From: a virus
Taxonomy: Duplodnaviria; Heunggongvirae; Uroviricota; Caudoviricetes
IMG/VR virus record: IMGVR_UViG_3300035701_000014
Reading direction: 5' to 3' (one strand)
DNA: 64,000 nt
Under the pieces are notes generated by a model. That model did no database searches. It had not been told where the DNA came from and saw nothing but the letters and a program-made list of their open reading frames with translations. A program made the position numbers and the translations under genes. Shown in pieces: positions 37,603-46,837 of the stretch. The stretch's first letter is position 1, and every line of letters starts with the position of its first letter.

Positions 37603-37965
37603 ATGGAAATAAAAGATGTGAGTTGGAATCTGCTATTGTGGGCGAATGAATGGGCAGTGACCACAGCACAGATTGTTTTTGTAGCGATTTCGCTGATTGT
37701 GCTCATACTAGGTCATTGGGGATTCCTATTCGGATTGCCACAGGCAACATCGAATACCTACATATCAAGAGGAGTATCAGGTCTTGGCTGGGCAGCAGCA
37801 GGCTTTGTTGCAGCTCTGGCAATATCCGTATTGAGGATATACCTGACAGAGGAATGCAACGGGAAGACAAAGAAGAGAAATGGCAGACCCGCAGGTGCGA
37901 AAGACCTGAAGCCCCGCAGGAAACGGGGAAGACCTAGAAAGGATGAGACTCAGACAAAATCCTAG
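37603..37965 (+). CDS. membrane protein with C-terminal AT-hook-like basic tail
   Basis: 120 aa; KRNGRPAGAKDLKPRRKRGRPRKDE (GRP motifs). Confidence 0.4.
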   Translation: MEIKDVSWNLLLWANEWAVTTAQIVFVAISLIVLILGHWGFLFGLPQATSNTYISRGVSGLGWAAAGFVAALAISVLRIYLTEECNGKTKKRNGRPAGAKDLKPRRKRGRPRKDETQTKS

Positions 37966-37981
37966 AAACCGAGGATAAAGG

Positions 37982-38851
37982 ATGAAAAAGCTCATCAGAG
38001 ATTTGCATAGGAATCGGTATATACTGGACGAGATAGTATTCATAGTAGTAGTCTTGGCAATATTCGCAGTAGGTCTAGCCTTATTGTCTATACTACGAAA
38101 TTCACCAGTATCGGTCTATGGGAATGGCTCAACACCAGAAGCAGCAGTGCATTTGGAAGAACAGCATACTTGTCCTGCGAGCTACCATTGGGGAGGGGAA
38201 ACAGGATGGCTTGGGGAGAAAGCCTTCATCGCAAATTGTCTTCCAGACAACGTAGCCTTAATCCCAGATACTTTAAAATGCCATTTCTTTTTCTGTGATG
38301 GCAAATATGGCGATTATACTTACTGCCTTGACTGCCCAAATATAAATGAGACATTCGATGGATGTTATCGCTATCAGGACTTCAATACACTCCCAGTTGA
38401 ATGCAAACTCGTGAACAAGACGATAATAGAAGACAGACAAGAGTTAGGTGTAATCGATGAAAATAGCAGGGTGGCTCTCGGATATGAAGTAGAGACTTGT
38501 ATCAACGGGACGTGGCATAGAAATATCTATGATAAATATTGCTGCAACATGACCATCATCAACGGAAATTACACTATGCAATGCCAGCGACCTCTAGATA
38601 CTAACATCACGACAATAAATATCAACGCAACCAACGCCAATACAACTCCTCAGATTCCAAACAATTCAACTCCAGATTTTTCAAAATGCAAAGAAGTTCC
38701 ATGTGATTGCTGGAAGGAAGGATGCCTAGTGTTATGTATGGAATGCCCTGATTTACCAGATTCGAACTTCACTACAGAGAATATCAACATAACATGGGTC
38801 AATACGAATGTAACTGGGAATTTAACAGAAATCAAAAGAGTGATTAGATGA
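37982..38851 (+). CDS. secreted/membrane-anchored Cys-rich protein with many N-x-S/T sequons
   Basis: 289 aa; N-terminal TM; about 20 Cys; NxT/S dense. Confidence 0.45.
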   Translation: MKKLIRDLHRNRYILDEIVFIVVVLAIFAVGLALLSILRNSPVSVYGNGSTPEAAVHLEEQHTCPASYHWGGETGWLGEKAFIANCLPDNVALIPDTLKCHFFFCDGKYGDYTYCLDCPNINETFDGCYRYQDFNTLPVECKLVNKTIIEDRQELGVIDENSRVALGYEVETCINGTWHRNIYDKYCCNMTIINGNYTMQCQRPLDTNITTININATNANTTPQIPNNSTPDFSKCKEVPCDCWKEGCLVLCMECPDLPDSNFTTENINITWVNTNVTGNLTEIKRVIR

Positions 38852-39141
38852 ATGAAAAAGAGTTCATAGAAAAGATGAGGAAACGGGTAAGTGAACAGAA
38901 TGAGATACGCATAACCTCAACTACTGGTCAATGGTCAGGAATGAGCTACGCAGCAATTAAAATCGCTACTCTGGCAGATGAAGTATTCAGTGGGGTAAAG
39001 AAAGAGACAGGCTACGTGGTTATAGAGAATGGGCATAAGGTCACTTGCACAATCTGCGGTTTCAAGAAAGAATATGAGAATCCAGATGATGCATTCCTGA
39101 TAGCCCATGCCCACAAGCACGGGCAGCATCAGCTTTCATGA
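38848..39141 (+). CDS. hypothetical protein
   Basis: ORF track 97 aa. Confidence 0.35.
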   Translation: MNEKEFIEKMRKRVSEQNEIRITSTTGQWSGMSYAAIKIATLADEVFSGVKKETGYVVIENGHKVTCTICGFKKEYENPDDAFLIAHAHKHGQHQLS

Positions 39142-39150
39142 GATGAAAAT

Positions 39151-39501
39151 ATGAAATGTAGTGTATGCGAGGAAGAGATAACGGAATGCAACGCTTATGA
39201 CGGGGATTTTCATAGAGGAAACAAGATATTGCATGTAGAGGTAAAAGAAGATACCACTGGATTTTTGCTTATTCCATTTGTAGCTTTGATATGGTCGGTT
39301 ATTGCCAATGCCATAATCCTAGGGATTGTCCTATTCATACTTCTCTTTTTTGTTCTATTCAATTCTCCGACAACCGCTATACATCATTACCATAATCTTG
39401 AATGCGTAGAAGAACAATATCCTAATAGACCAGAAGGTATAGTAATCAAAAAAGCAAGAGTGATTGGAAATTGGGATATACAAAATCAGAAAGAGGAATA
39501 A
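39151..39501 (+). CDS. small membrane protein with N-terminal CxxC
   Basis: ORF track 116 aa. Confidence 0.35.
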   Translation: MKCSVCEEEITECNAYDGDFHRGNKILHVEVKEDTTGFLLIPFVALIWSVIANAIILGIVLFILLFFVLFNSPTTAIHHYHNLECVEEQYPNRPEGIVIKKARVIGNWDIQNQKEE

Positions 39502-39504
39502 ACC

Positions 39505-39789
39505 ATGAAAAAACTCATAATCGGAATATTGCTGTTGGGAATATTGATACTCGGATGCACTACATACCAATTCAGCCATACTGAAGTAGTGAAGCATAAC
39601 AATTCATTGACCGAGGCATTAGCAACTTGTAACTCCAACTGCGAAATAGCGTATGATACTTGGTTCAATAAAACTAAAGCGGAAACAGGTGGAAGCGAAG
39701 TTCATTCAGGGATTACCTTAACTCCAACAATATCTGAATGCACGAATACTGAATGCTTCTGTAATTGTATTGGAGGACAACCAACATAA
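39505..39789 (+). CDS. small secreted/lipoprotein-like Cys-rich peptide (candidate radical-SAM substrate)
   Basis: 94 aa; MKKLIIGILLLGILILGC signal/lipobox-like; 8 Cys including CFCNC; directly upstream of the rSAM gene. Confidence 0.4.
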   Translation: MKKLIIGILLLGILILGCTTYQFSHTEVVKHNNSLTEALATCNSNCEIAYDTWFNKTKAETGGSEVHSGITLTPTISECTNTECFCNCIGGQPT

Positions 39790-39800
39790 GAGTTGATTAA

Positions 39801-41081
39801 GTGGCATTGAAACACGTCACATTGGATGGAGTCAGGCTACATCTGAAGACCGATGAGATGAAACTCTGGGTCAATGGATACTACATCTTATTCCTGAACA
39901 AGACCGCATCCGCAATCTTCGAGGCATTCATAGACAGTTGTTACGAAGTCCCAAGGGAAAAAATAGTGGAAACCACTATCAACAAAATCACAAAGAAGTT
40001 CAAGGTCAACAAGGAGACTGCAGAGAAAGACCTGCACCAGCTCATCGGGATAGTCAATAGCCTCGCAAGGAATGAGATACCCACTCACCTTATTGGAGTG
40101 AAGAATATCGAATGCGGGAGCAAGACTGCCCCAAACAGGATGGACTTGTCATTATCCTATAACTGCAACAACCGATGCTCATTCTGCTACCTGCCGAAGA
40201 ACGAGAATGAAAATGGGACTCTTGCGACATGGCAATGGAAGCAAGTCATACATAGACTGTGGAAGATTGGCATTCCACAGATTGTCTTCACTGGAGGGGA
40301 ATGCACTCTCAGGGATGATTTGCTGGAGCTCGTGAGATTCAGTAAGGAGTTCGTCACTGGGATAATCTCAAACGGGACAAACATAACCCCCGAGCTTGCG
40401 AAAGATTTGAAAAAGGCGGATTTGGACTGGATTCAGATTACTCTCGAGACCCCGAATCCAACAGTCCATGATGAGATGCAGGGAAGGAAAGGTGCATGGA
40501 AGGAAACAGTCAGGGGAATAAGGAATTGTGTCGATGCTGGTCTGCAGGTGAGTATCAATGCGACTCTGACAAAGGAAAACTTTGTGGACTTGCCTGCCCT
40601 GATAAGGTTCGCAAAGAAGCTGGGAGTCGGCTCTGTGTCAACCAATGCGATAATCCGAGCTGGCAGGGGCATCAAGGCAAAGGATTCTCTTGGTTTGAGC
40701 GAGGAGGTTTTGAAGAAGACTTTGATTGAAGCAAAAGAAGTGGCAAAGAAGGAAGGGATAGGCTTCAACTGGTTCTTGCCTACCTGCTACAAGAAGCTCA
40801 ACCCAGTGGAGCTCGGATTCGGTCAGAGAGCTTGCTCCGCCTGCTCGATAAATATGATGGTAGAGCCGAATGGGGATGTGATTCCATGCCAAAGCTGGAC
40901 AGGACTAAAACTCGGCAACATTCTGAATGACAAATGGGAATCAATATGGAATAAGAAGGAAGCACAGGAGATAAGGGCATCAAGATATGCAGACCCGAAG
41001 TGCCAAGGCTGCAAATACTTCAGTATGTGCAAAGGTGCGTGCCCGTTGGATAAGCTGAATGGATGTTACAGAGGTGTATGA
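39801..41081 (+). CDS. radical SAM enzyme with C-terminal SPASM domain and about 110-aa N-terminal extension
   Basis: 426 aa; CNNRCSFC (CX3CX2C); C-terminal CSACS...CQ...CQGCKYFSMCKGACP; N-terminal extension could be an RRE-like domain. Confidence 0.65.
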   Translation: MALKHVTLDGVRLHLKTDEMKLWVNGYYILFLNKTASAIFEAFIDSCYEVPREKIVETTINKITKKFKVNKETAEKDLHQLIGIVNSLARNEIPTHLIGVKNIECGSKTAPNRMDLSLSYNCNNRCSFCYLPKNENENGTLATWQWKQVIHRLWKIGIPQIVFTGGECTLRDDLLELVRFSKEFVTGIISNGTNITPELAKDLKKADLDWIQITLETPNPTVHDEMQGRKGAWKETVRGIRNCVDAGLQVSINATLTKENFVDLPALIRFAKKLGVGSVSTNAIIRAGRGIKAKDSLGLSEEVLKKTLIEAKEVAKKEGIGFNWFLPTCYKKLNPVELGFGQRACSACSINMMVEPNGDVIPCQSWTGLKLGNILNDKWESIWNKKEAQEIRASRYADPKCQGCKYFSMCKGACPLDKLNGCYRGV

Positions 41082-41400
41082 GATGAAAACAAGACCTGCG
41101 ACGTTTAGGGAATTCTGCGAAGCAATTATAGAGATGTTCAAAATGGCGTTTCCGATAGCGATATACCTAATGATTGCCCTTACTGTAGTAGCTCTGATAC
41201 TATGGGTCATCATGACAGTTTTTATGCACATTCCTGCAGATACAATCGGGCAATGGTCTGCTGAAAGAAATGATATGGTAGTTGGGTTAGCCCCCACCGT
41301 TATAATCCTATTCTTACTTGTAACCGCAATGATGTATTTCGAAGGTAGGATACAAGTTCGTGAAACAAAGAAAGGGAAGAAATTTTACTATAATGACTAA
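41059..41400 (+). CDS. small membrane protein
   Basis: ORF track 113 aa. Confidence 0.4.
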   Translation: MDVTEVYEMKTRPATFREFCEAIIEMFKMAFPIAIYLMIALTVVALILWVIMTVFMHIPADTIGQWSAERNDMVVGLAPTVIILFLLVTAMMYFEGRIQVRETKKGKKFYYND

Positions 41401-41407
41401 AATATAG

Positions 41408-41605
41408 GTGATAAAAATGGGATTGACAAATACACAGAAAGGCGGATACGTCATAATACTGCTAGCTTTGATATTGTTCTTCATGTCTTTTAGTGAACTG
41501 TCTTCCATATTCGGGAAACCATTTGTGTTGCTAGCCGAATTTCTGTGCTCATTGATAGGCTTACAGATGGGGTTGAGAATTGCATTGGAGGTCGATGAGA
41601 AATGA
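41408..41605 (+). CDS. small membrane protein
   Basis: ORF track 65 aa. Confidence 0.35.
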   Translation: MIKMGLTNTQKGGYVIILLALILFFMSFSELSSIFGKPFVLLAEFLCSLIGLQMGLRIALEVDEK

Positions 41606-41748
41606 AAACGATGTATGATGAATTAGAAGAAGATATTGAAAAAATAATCCGCAAAAATTGGAGTTATGAAACGCAAGCACTAGCGGTCATCGCAAAGATA
41701 CTGCTCGTAGCCAACAAATCGAAACTGAAGAAGATAAAGGTGAAATAG

Positions 41749-43278
41749 ATGAAAAGACAGGACATGCTCTTCTGGGCGGTCTTCATAGCAATCGAACTGC
41801 TGCTCGTCGGAGTAGTCCACGCAGACACAGGAACATATACAATCGAAAAGCAGTTTACCAACCTGACAGTCCACACCAGTGGGGATGTCGACATAGCATA
41901 CTACGTCAAATTCAGGGTCGATAGCGGTAACATCCCTTGGGTCAGGATAGGGTTGCCCAATGCAGATTTCAGTATCAATAATTACGGAGGTGCAGCTTCT
42001 GCCATCCGCCCAGAGAATGATGCTGGCTGGTCGGGAGTATATATAACATTGGACAAGACCTACTACGCTGGAAACAGTTTCGACTTCTATTTCTCTGCAA
42101 CCCAACATGGCTTTATATATAAATACAACAACAACGCAACCATCGAGTTCACTCCAGTCTATTGGGACTACGCAAATACCGAGCAGCTCGCAATTACGGT
42201 GATTCTGCCTCCAACGATAAAGAATGTGACTACCTCCAGCGAGCCTACGCAATGGGGTGCAGGAAACAGCACAATATTATGGCAATGGAGTAGCCTTGGT
42301 CATGGAGAAAGGAAGACAATCGGGGTCATCATGCCTCTCGGTGCATTTAACAATACTTCGCTTCCTGATAAGCAATCGACTCATGCTGGTTATCAGTCAT
42401 CCAGCAGTCCGAACACTCCAACTACAGATTTAACTGGTCTCATTACCACGATGATTCCCGTCATGATTCTGCTTGCATTTGTCATAGTTTTATTGGGCGG
42501 TTTATCAGGAATATCCAGAGGAGGGGAGAATTATGAATCACCTTCAGTTTCGGTTGGTGGGGATAAGGAGATAACAAGACACTTGAACATGGTTTGCCCG
42601 AATGACAAAAGCCCACTGGACAAGAGGACTGTGAGTGACACGACCATCGATTATTGCGATACCTGCGGTGGATGCTGGTTTGACAAAGGGGAAATCGAGA
42701 GTCTCATCACAGATGGGATTGACGAGAAAGCCCTGAATACAAATGGCAAGGACTATTCATTCCAACAGATAAAGAAACATAAGACTGTATGCCCAAGATG
42801 CGAAGGGAAAATGCACAAGAAGTCAAGGGCAGGGGCTTCGATATTCGTCTGTGAGAACTGCGAGGGAATCTGGCTTGACAGAGGGACTTACCAGAAAATC
42901 AAGGACAAGAGAGCAGAGCAAGAAAGCCTCCAGAAAGATAAAGTCGAAAAAGCCAAACAATTAGTTTCTGGAAAGAAAACAGATGAAGACCGAGAAGTGC
43001 ATGTGCATTACTATCCTTCCTATTGGTGGTGGTTCTATCCATACATAGGGCATACTGGGACTTATTGCAAACAGGCAATCTGTGCGGACAACAAGAGCAG
43101 TGGAGGAAGTGAAAGTAGTAGCAGTTCCTATGAATCATCATCCTCAAGTTGTGCCTGCGTGAGCTGTGCCTGCGTTGCAGCATGTGCGTGTGCCTGCGCC
43201 TGCGCTGGGGGGTCGGCAGCAGGATGCAGTCCGAAGAATAAATTCAACCAGATAAGTTTGTGGGATGACAAAAAATGA
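41749..43278 (+). CDS. large secreted/membrane protein with twin zinc-ribbon modules and Ser/Cys/Ala low-complexity tail
   Basis: 509 aa; signal-like N-terminus; CPNDKSPL..CDTCGGCWFDKGE and CPRCEGK..CENCEGIWLD; tail SSSSSYESSSSSCACVSCACVAACACACACAGG. Confidence 0.45.
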   Translation: MKRQDMLFWAVFIAIELLLVGVVHADTGTYTIEKQFTNLTVHTSGDVDIAYYVKFRVDSGNIPWVRIGLPNADFSINNYGGAASAIRPENDAGWSGVYITLDKTYYAGNSFDFYFSATQHGFIYKYNNNATIEFTPVYWDYANTEQLAITVILPPTIKNVTTSSEPTQWGAGNSTILWQWSSLGHGERKTIGVIMPLGAFNNTSLPDKQSTHAGYQSSSSPNTPTTDLTGLITTMIPVMILLAFVIVLLGGLSGISRGGENYESPSVSVGGDKEITRHLNMVCPNDKSPLDKRTVSDTTIDYCDTCGGCWFDKGEIESLITDGIDEKALNTNGKDYSFQQIKKHKTVCPRCEGKMHKKSRAGASIFVCENCEGIWLDRGTYQKIKDKRAEQESLQKDKVEKAKQLVSGKKTDEDREVHVHYYPSYWWWFYPYIGHTGTYCKQAICADNKSSGGSESSSSSYESSSSSCACVSCACVAACACACACAGGSAAGCSPKNKFNQISLWDDKK

Positions 43279-43676
43279 AAAAACTAATAATCAGTCTCGA
43301 AAGAAATCCAGAAGTAATCGCAATCATACTGGTTGTGTTAGCTCTTATTGGTTCTATTTTTGCTTATGTATGGTATTGCAATCAACCAACGGTCAAGGCA
43401 ATCAAGATAGATAAAGCAGTCAGGCTTTTCAGGGCAGATGAATGCCGAATAAACGGAGGATGCATACAACCTTTTGAATGCTGGCAAGAGCACAATACTT
43501 ACTATAGAGGATATGCTACCCCCTCAACCCCAAGATGTTATAACTATACTCCTCGGCAAGTCTTGTGTTCAGACAATTATTACTACGATATTGAATCCCA
43601 GCATTACATCTATATAAGTTTGAACGATGAGTTGAACGGTTATCACAATGTCAATGAGACCTTGGATTGCAGGTAG
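43275..43676 (+). CDS. membrane-anchored Cys-containing protein
   Basis: ORF track 133 aa. Confidence 0.4.
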   Translation: MKKLIISLERNPEVIAIILVVLALIGSIFAYVWYCNQPTVKAIKIDKAVRLFRADECRINGGCIQPFECWQEHNTYYRGYATPSTPRCYNYTPRQVLCSDNYYYDIESQHYIYISLNDELNGYHNVNETLDCR

Positions 43677-43981
43677 ACAAAGATGAGAAAATGAACATAC
43701 TCGAGATACTTCATTGGGCTCTCATTATCCTAATCCTTCCGCCGTATGTCCTCTATAAGATTTACCTCGAGTTCGTCAGTCTCCTCTCGAAGATAGCTTT
43801 CTATCTACTGGTGCTCACGGTAATAGCGTATTATTGCGTTGCATTCACACATGCATTCGCTGGTCAGATGCCACCCGAACCAATAGAAGTCTTCAACCAG
43901 ACGGTCATTCCAATAGTCAATCATACTGCAAATGTTACGGTGGAAGTTATAACGGAGGTGTTAGGATGCAAGAGAACATGA
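43667..43981 (+). CDS. small membrane protein
   Basis: ORF track 104 aa. Confidence 0.35.
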   Translation: MQVDKDEKMNILEILHWALIILILPPYVLYKIYLEFVSLLSKIAFYLLVLTVIAYYCVAFTHAFAGQMPPEPIEVFNQTVIPIVNHTANVTVEVITEVLGCKRT

Positions 43982-44295
43982 TTTCCTCGACCAACAATCT
44001 TCACGGGAAGCAAATCAAAGAGAGCCTCGGCATGGTCTTCGGAACTACAATCAGGACAAGAGGAATCTTTGGCAATATCCTTGTGTGGCTAGAGAGCATA
44101 AAAGGCGGGAAGGTAAAATCATACCTATCCGAGCTGGAGAAGGCGAGGATAGAGGCAACAAAGGATATGGTCAGGAATGCAGAGAAGCTCAGGGCTGATG
44201 GGATAGTCGGAGTTGACTTCGATATGTCTGAAGTCCTCAACAACAAGATGATGGTCAGCGTCAACGGGACTGCGGTAAAGTTTGTGGAGGAATAA
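43966..44295 (+). CDS. YbjQ/UPF0145-family protein (track ORF 43834..44295; start at Met45)
   Basis: ...GKQIKESLGMVFGTTIRTRGIFGNI...ADGIVGVDFDMSEVLNNKMMVSVNGTAVKF resembles the YbjQ family. Confidence 0.5.
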   Translation: MQENMISSTNNLHGKQIKESLGMVFGTTIRTRGIFGNILVWLESIKGGKVKSYLSELEKARIEATKDMVRNAEKLRADGIVGVDFDMSEVLNNKMMVSVNGTAVKFVEE

Positions 44296-44367
44296 AATGA
44301 CAGAACAAAATGAAATGACCTATCTCATTTACCTGCTAATTTGCATCTTTATTGAGGGGGTGAAGCC

Positions 44368-44619
44368 ATGATGAAACAAAAATGGATTGTTGGATACCAT
44401 TTGGAGACGATATTTATAGTTGCATTCATAAATGTATTATTCCTATTTATGGGAACGATTATCACGATTAAAGAAGGTTGGCTGACGGGATTAGTTTTTA
44501 TCCCAATGACATTATTGATGTGTTACCTCTGGACAAGAACCTACTGGTATAGGCTGTATTCGCTATATCACACCAAAGAGGAATATGAAGTTGAGAAACG
44601 AATGGGATTAGTTGATTGA
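44368..44619 (+). CDS. small membrane protein
   Basis: ORF track 83 aa. Confidence 0.35.
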   Translation: MMKQKWIVGYHLETIFIVAFINVLFLFMGTIITIKEGWLTGLVFIPMTLLMCYLWTRTYWYRLYSLYHTKEEYEVEKRMGLVD

Positions 44620-44792
44620 ATGACAAACTGCAAATGCGGGCATGAGATAAGGGAATTTCAGGGAGAGTGGTATCACTTCAAATTTCCGTCTGGAATACCC
44701 TATAGCAAGAATTGTTTTGAAAAGGTGACAGATAAGGAAACTGGTAAAAAATATACTTGCCCGTGTTTCCATCCAGAACCAGAGGCGAAGTC

Positions 44793-45038
44793 ATGAAAAT
44801 CATAGATGGAAAGTTAAACCTTGGAAAGATAGAACTATTACTCTTCATGAACCTGATTTTTTGTATAGCAGTTTCAATAATGCCAATTCTCGGAAGGATA
44901 CCGCAAGAACAATATTGGTCTCAATGGTATATCTGGGTTATTGTGATTGTCCAATTCATCATTTTTAACATAGTTACTGTTGGAAATTTATTCGGAGATG
45001 AAAAAGTAAAAAAGTTAGATAAAGAGGCAATCTCATGA
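44793..45038 (+). CDS. small membrane protein (track ORF 44757..45038)
   Basis: hydrophobic; ATGA overlap with the upstream 59-aa Cys-rich micro-ORF at 44619..44796. Confidence 0.3.
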   Translation: MKIIDGKLNLGKIELLLFMNLIFCIAVSIMPILGRIPQEQYWSQWYIWVIVIVQFIIFNIVTVGNLFGDEKVKKLDKEAIS

Positions 45039-45191
45039 CGAAATATGCTTGCGGTCACGAAAGCGAAATAATAGTGATGGAAGGCAGTCCGACTACTATC
45101 ACAGCTTGGATAGAGTGGAAGAATAGCGTAGGCTTCGCAGGAGATAAAAGTATGTGCTGGGATTGCTGGTGCAAACAACGGAAGTGAGAAA

Positions 45192-45398
45192 ATGAGTGAA
45201 AAAAATATGAAAAAGAATTACTATATATCAAAGATAAGGAGGCAGGGGAGCGGTCTGCATGTGTATCTGCCGAAGGAATACATCACTCTTCCCAACTTCC
45301 CGTTGAAAGAAGATGATGCGGTTGTGATAACCCTTGTCCCGAAAAAGAAGATGATTGTGATAACCAAAGTTGAGTGGAAGAACTTGGTGAGTAGATGA
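45192..45398 (+). CDS. AbrB/MazE-like swapped-hairpin small DNA-binding protein (putative)
   Basis: 68 aa; ISKIRRQGSGLHVYLPKE.. resembles SpoVT/AbrB. Confidence 0.35.
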   Translation: MSEKNMKKNYYISKIRRQGSGLHVYLPKEYITLPNFPLKEDDAVVITLVPKKKMIVITKVEWKNLVSR

Positions 45399-45709
45399 AA
45401 ACACAAGAACCCGAGAAGAAAGGGCTTCCCCGTTGGGAAGTTCTCGGGATAATAGCAATCCTGATATTCGTGGTGCTATTCTACCTCATCTCGTATGTCT
45501 TCACTGCACAACCTACACCAGAGCAAAGGAGAATCGTATCGTCAGAACCGCAGCAGCAAGCAACACCAGTATCAAATAACAATTCAACATCATCATATCC
45601 AATGAATGAACTAGCAACGCAAGTAATGGGCTTGCTTCCGACGATGGCAATAGTTATGGTTATATCCATTTTCATCTTCCCATTGTTAAGAAGATGGGAA
45701 CGCTACTAG
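45395..45709 (+). CDS. small membrane protein
   Basis: ORF track 104 aa. Confidence 0.35.
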   Translation: MKTQEPEKKGLPRWEVLGIIAILIFVVLFYLISYVFTAQPTPEQRRIVSSEPQQQATPVSNNNSTSSYPMNELATQVMGLLPTMAIVMVISIFIFPLLRRWERY

Positions 45710-45722
45710 CCATCCCACTAAT

Positions 45723-46074
45723 GCAATCCGAAAAGGTGGTGCGAGCCAAGGAAAAAATGAAATCCATTGACATTTTGCGAGCCAGATTGATTTTGGAATC
45801 CACAAACGCCATGCGAGCCAACAACAGAATGTAATCCACCAAACATTTGCGAGCCAGTTTGTCGCTGTAATCCATGACGAATGTGCGAAGCCAGAGGGGA
45901 ACTGTAACCCAGTCTGTTATGTGCGAGCCACTATGCGTCTGTAGCCCACTGTGCACATGCAAGCCATTGTATGGATGTAACCCATCTGTATTTTGCGAGC
46001 CATAGCGGAAGTAAAATCCAACAGAAAGCTGCGAGCCATCCCATTTTTGAAACCCATCTGAGTCATGCGAACTA
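45723..46074 (+). repeat. bipartite 36-bp periodic array, copy 3 (about 10 units)
   Basis: box-1 TGCGAGCCA/variants at 45740,45776,45812,45848,45884(TGCGAAGCCA),45922,45958,45994,46030,(46066); box-2 GAAATCCA/GTAATCCA between; same orientation as copies 1 and 2. Confidence 0.8.
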
Positions 46075-46280
46075 CCCAACCTAACGGGCAAAAGGAGCTG
46101 CTTTTCTACCCTTCATAAAGGGTAAAAGCAATAAGCTTTAAATACCACAATCCTCAAACAATAAGGTTAGTGGACTGCTGCTCTGCCGTGCTAAGCTACG
46201 GAGGAAAATGATGCATTAGACCAAACCAACAACTTGATTATTGCCTATGTGCTGACTCTGCATATAGGGCAGTTGGAGGT

Positions 46281-46652
46281 TTGGTAGAATGCGGAGAATG
46301 TGGGTATTCCCATGCTATAATTGCTGGCATGGAAAAGGTTTGCATCCTATTTGCCGAATGGCTATGCAATTCCCAGAGCACTGTGTGGAGTTCGATATTG
46401 ATGAAGTGCCCATTATGCGAAAGAGACGTTTCAAAATTATTCGGGCATCATCTAAAGCCAAAAAAGTCCGATGAGCTCCTATATCTCTGCAAGGATTGTG
46501 CGACACAGATGCATGCTTTCTTCACAAGGCTCGAGATGAGACAGAAATATAATAGCCTCGAGAAGTTGAAAGCGAGTCCGAAGGTTCAGGAATACCTGAA
46601 TTGGGTAAGGGACAAACCAATCATGAATCTCCACCCAACGATGAAAGATTAA
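46281..46652 (+). CDS. zinc-finger protein
   Basis: 123 aa; CGECGYSH...CPLCERD...CKDC. Confidence 0.4.
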   Translation: MVECGECGYSHAIIAGMEKVCILFAEWLCNSQSTVWSSILMKCPLCERDVSKLFGHHLKPKKSDELLYLCKDCATQMHAFFTRLEMRQKYNSLEKLKASPKVQEYLNWVRDKPIMNLHPTMKD

Positions 46653-46765
46653 ATAGCTAGTTAACTTTTAGTTAAATTTGGGCACTTATTTAACTATATT
46701 TGTAACATGCAGTCAAATTTAAGTGAACTACTTATACCCCCCAGAAGTTACTTCCACCCCCCCTA

Positions 46766-46837
46766 AGCCGATGGAGAGACTCGAACTCCCAGCTTCGTCC
46801 TTACAGGGGACGCACTCTACCATTGAGTTACATCGGC
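46766..46837 (-). tRNA. tRNA-Thr(TGT), anticodon loop CCTGTAA with C at position 33
   Basis: manual fold: GCCGATG/CATCGGC acceptor, D ACTC-AATGGTA-GAGT, AC stem CGTCC/GGACG, T arm GGGAG-TTCGAGT-CTCTC; no encoded CCA. Confidence 0.55.
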
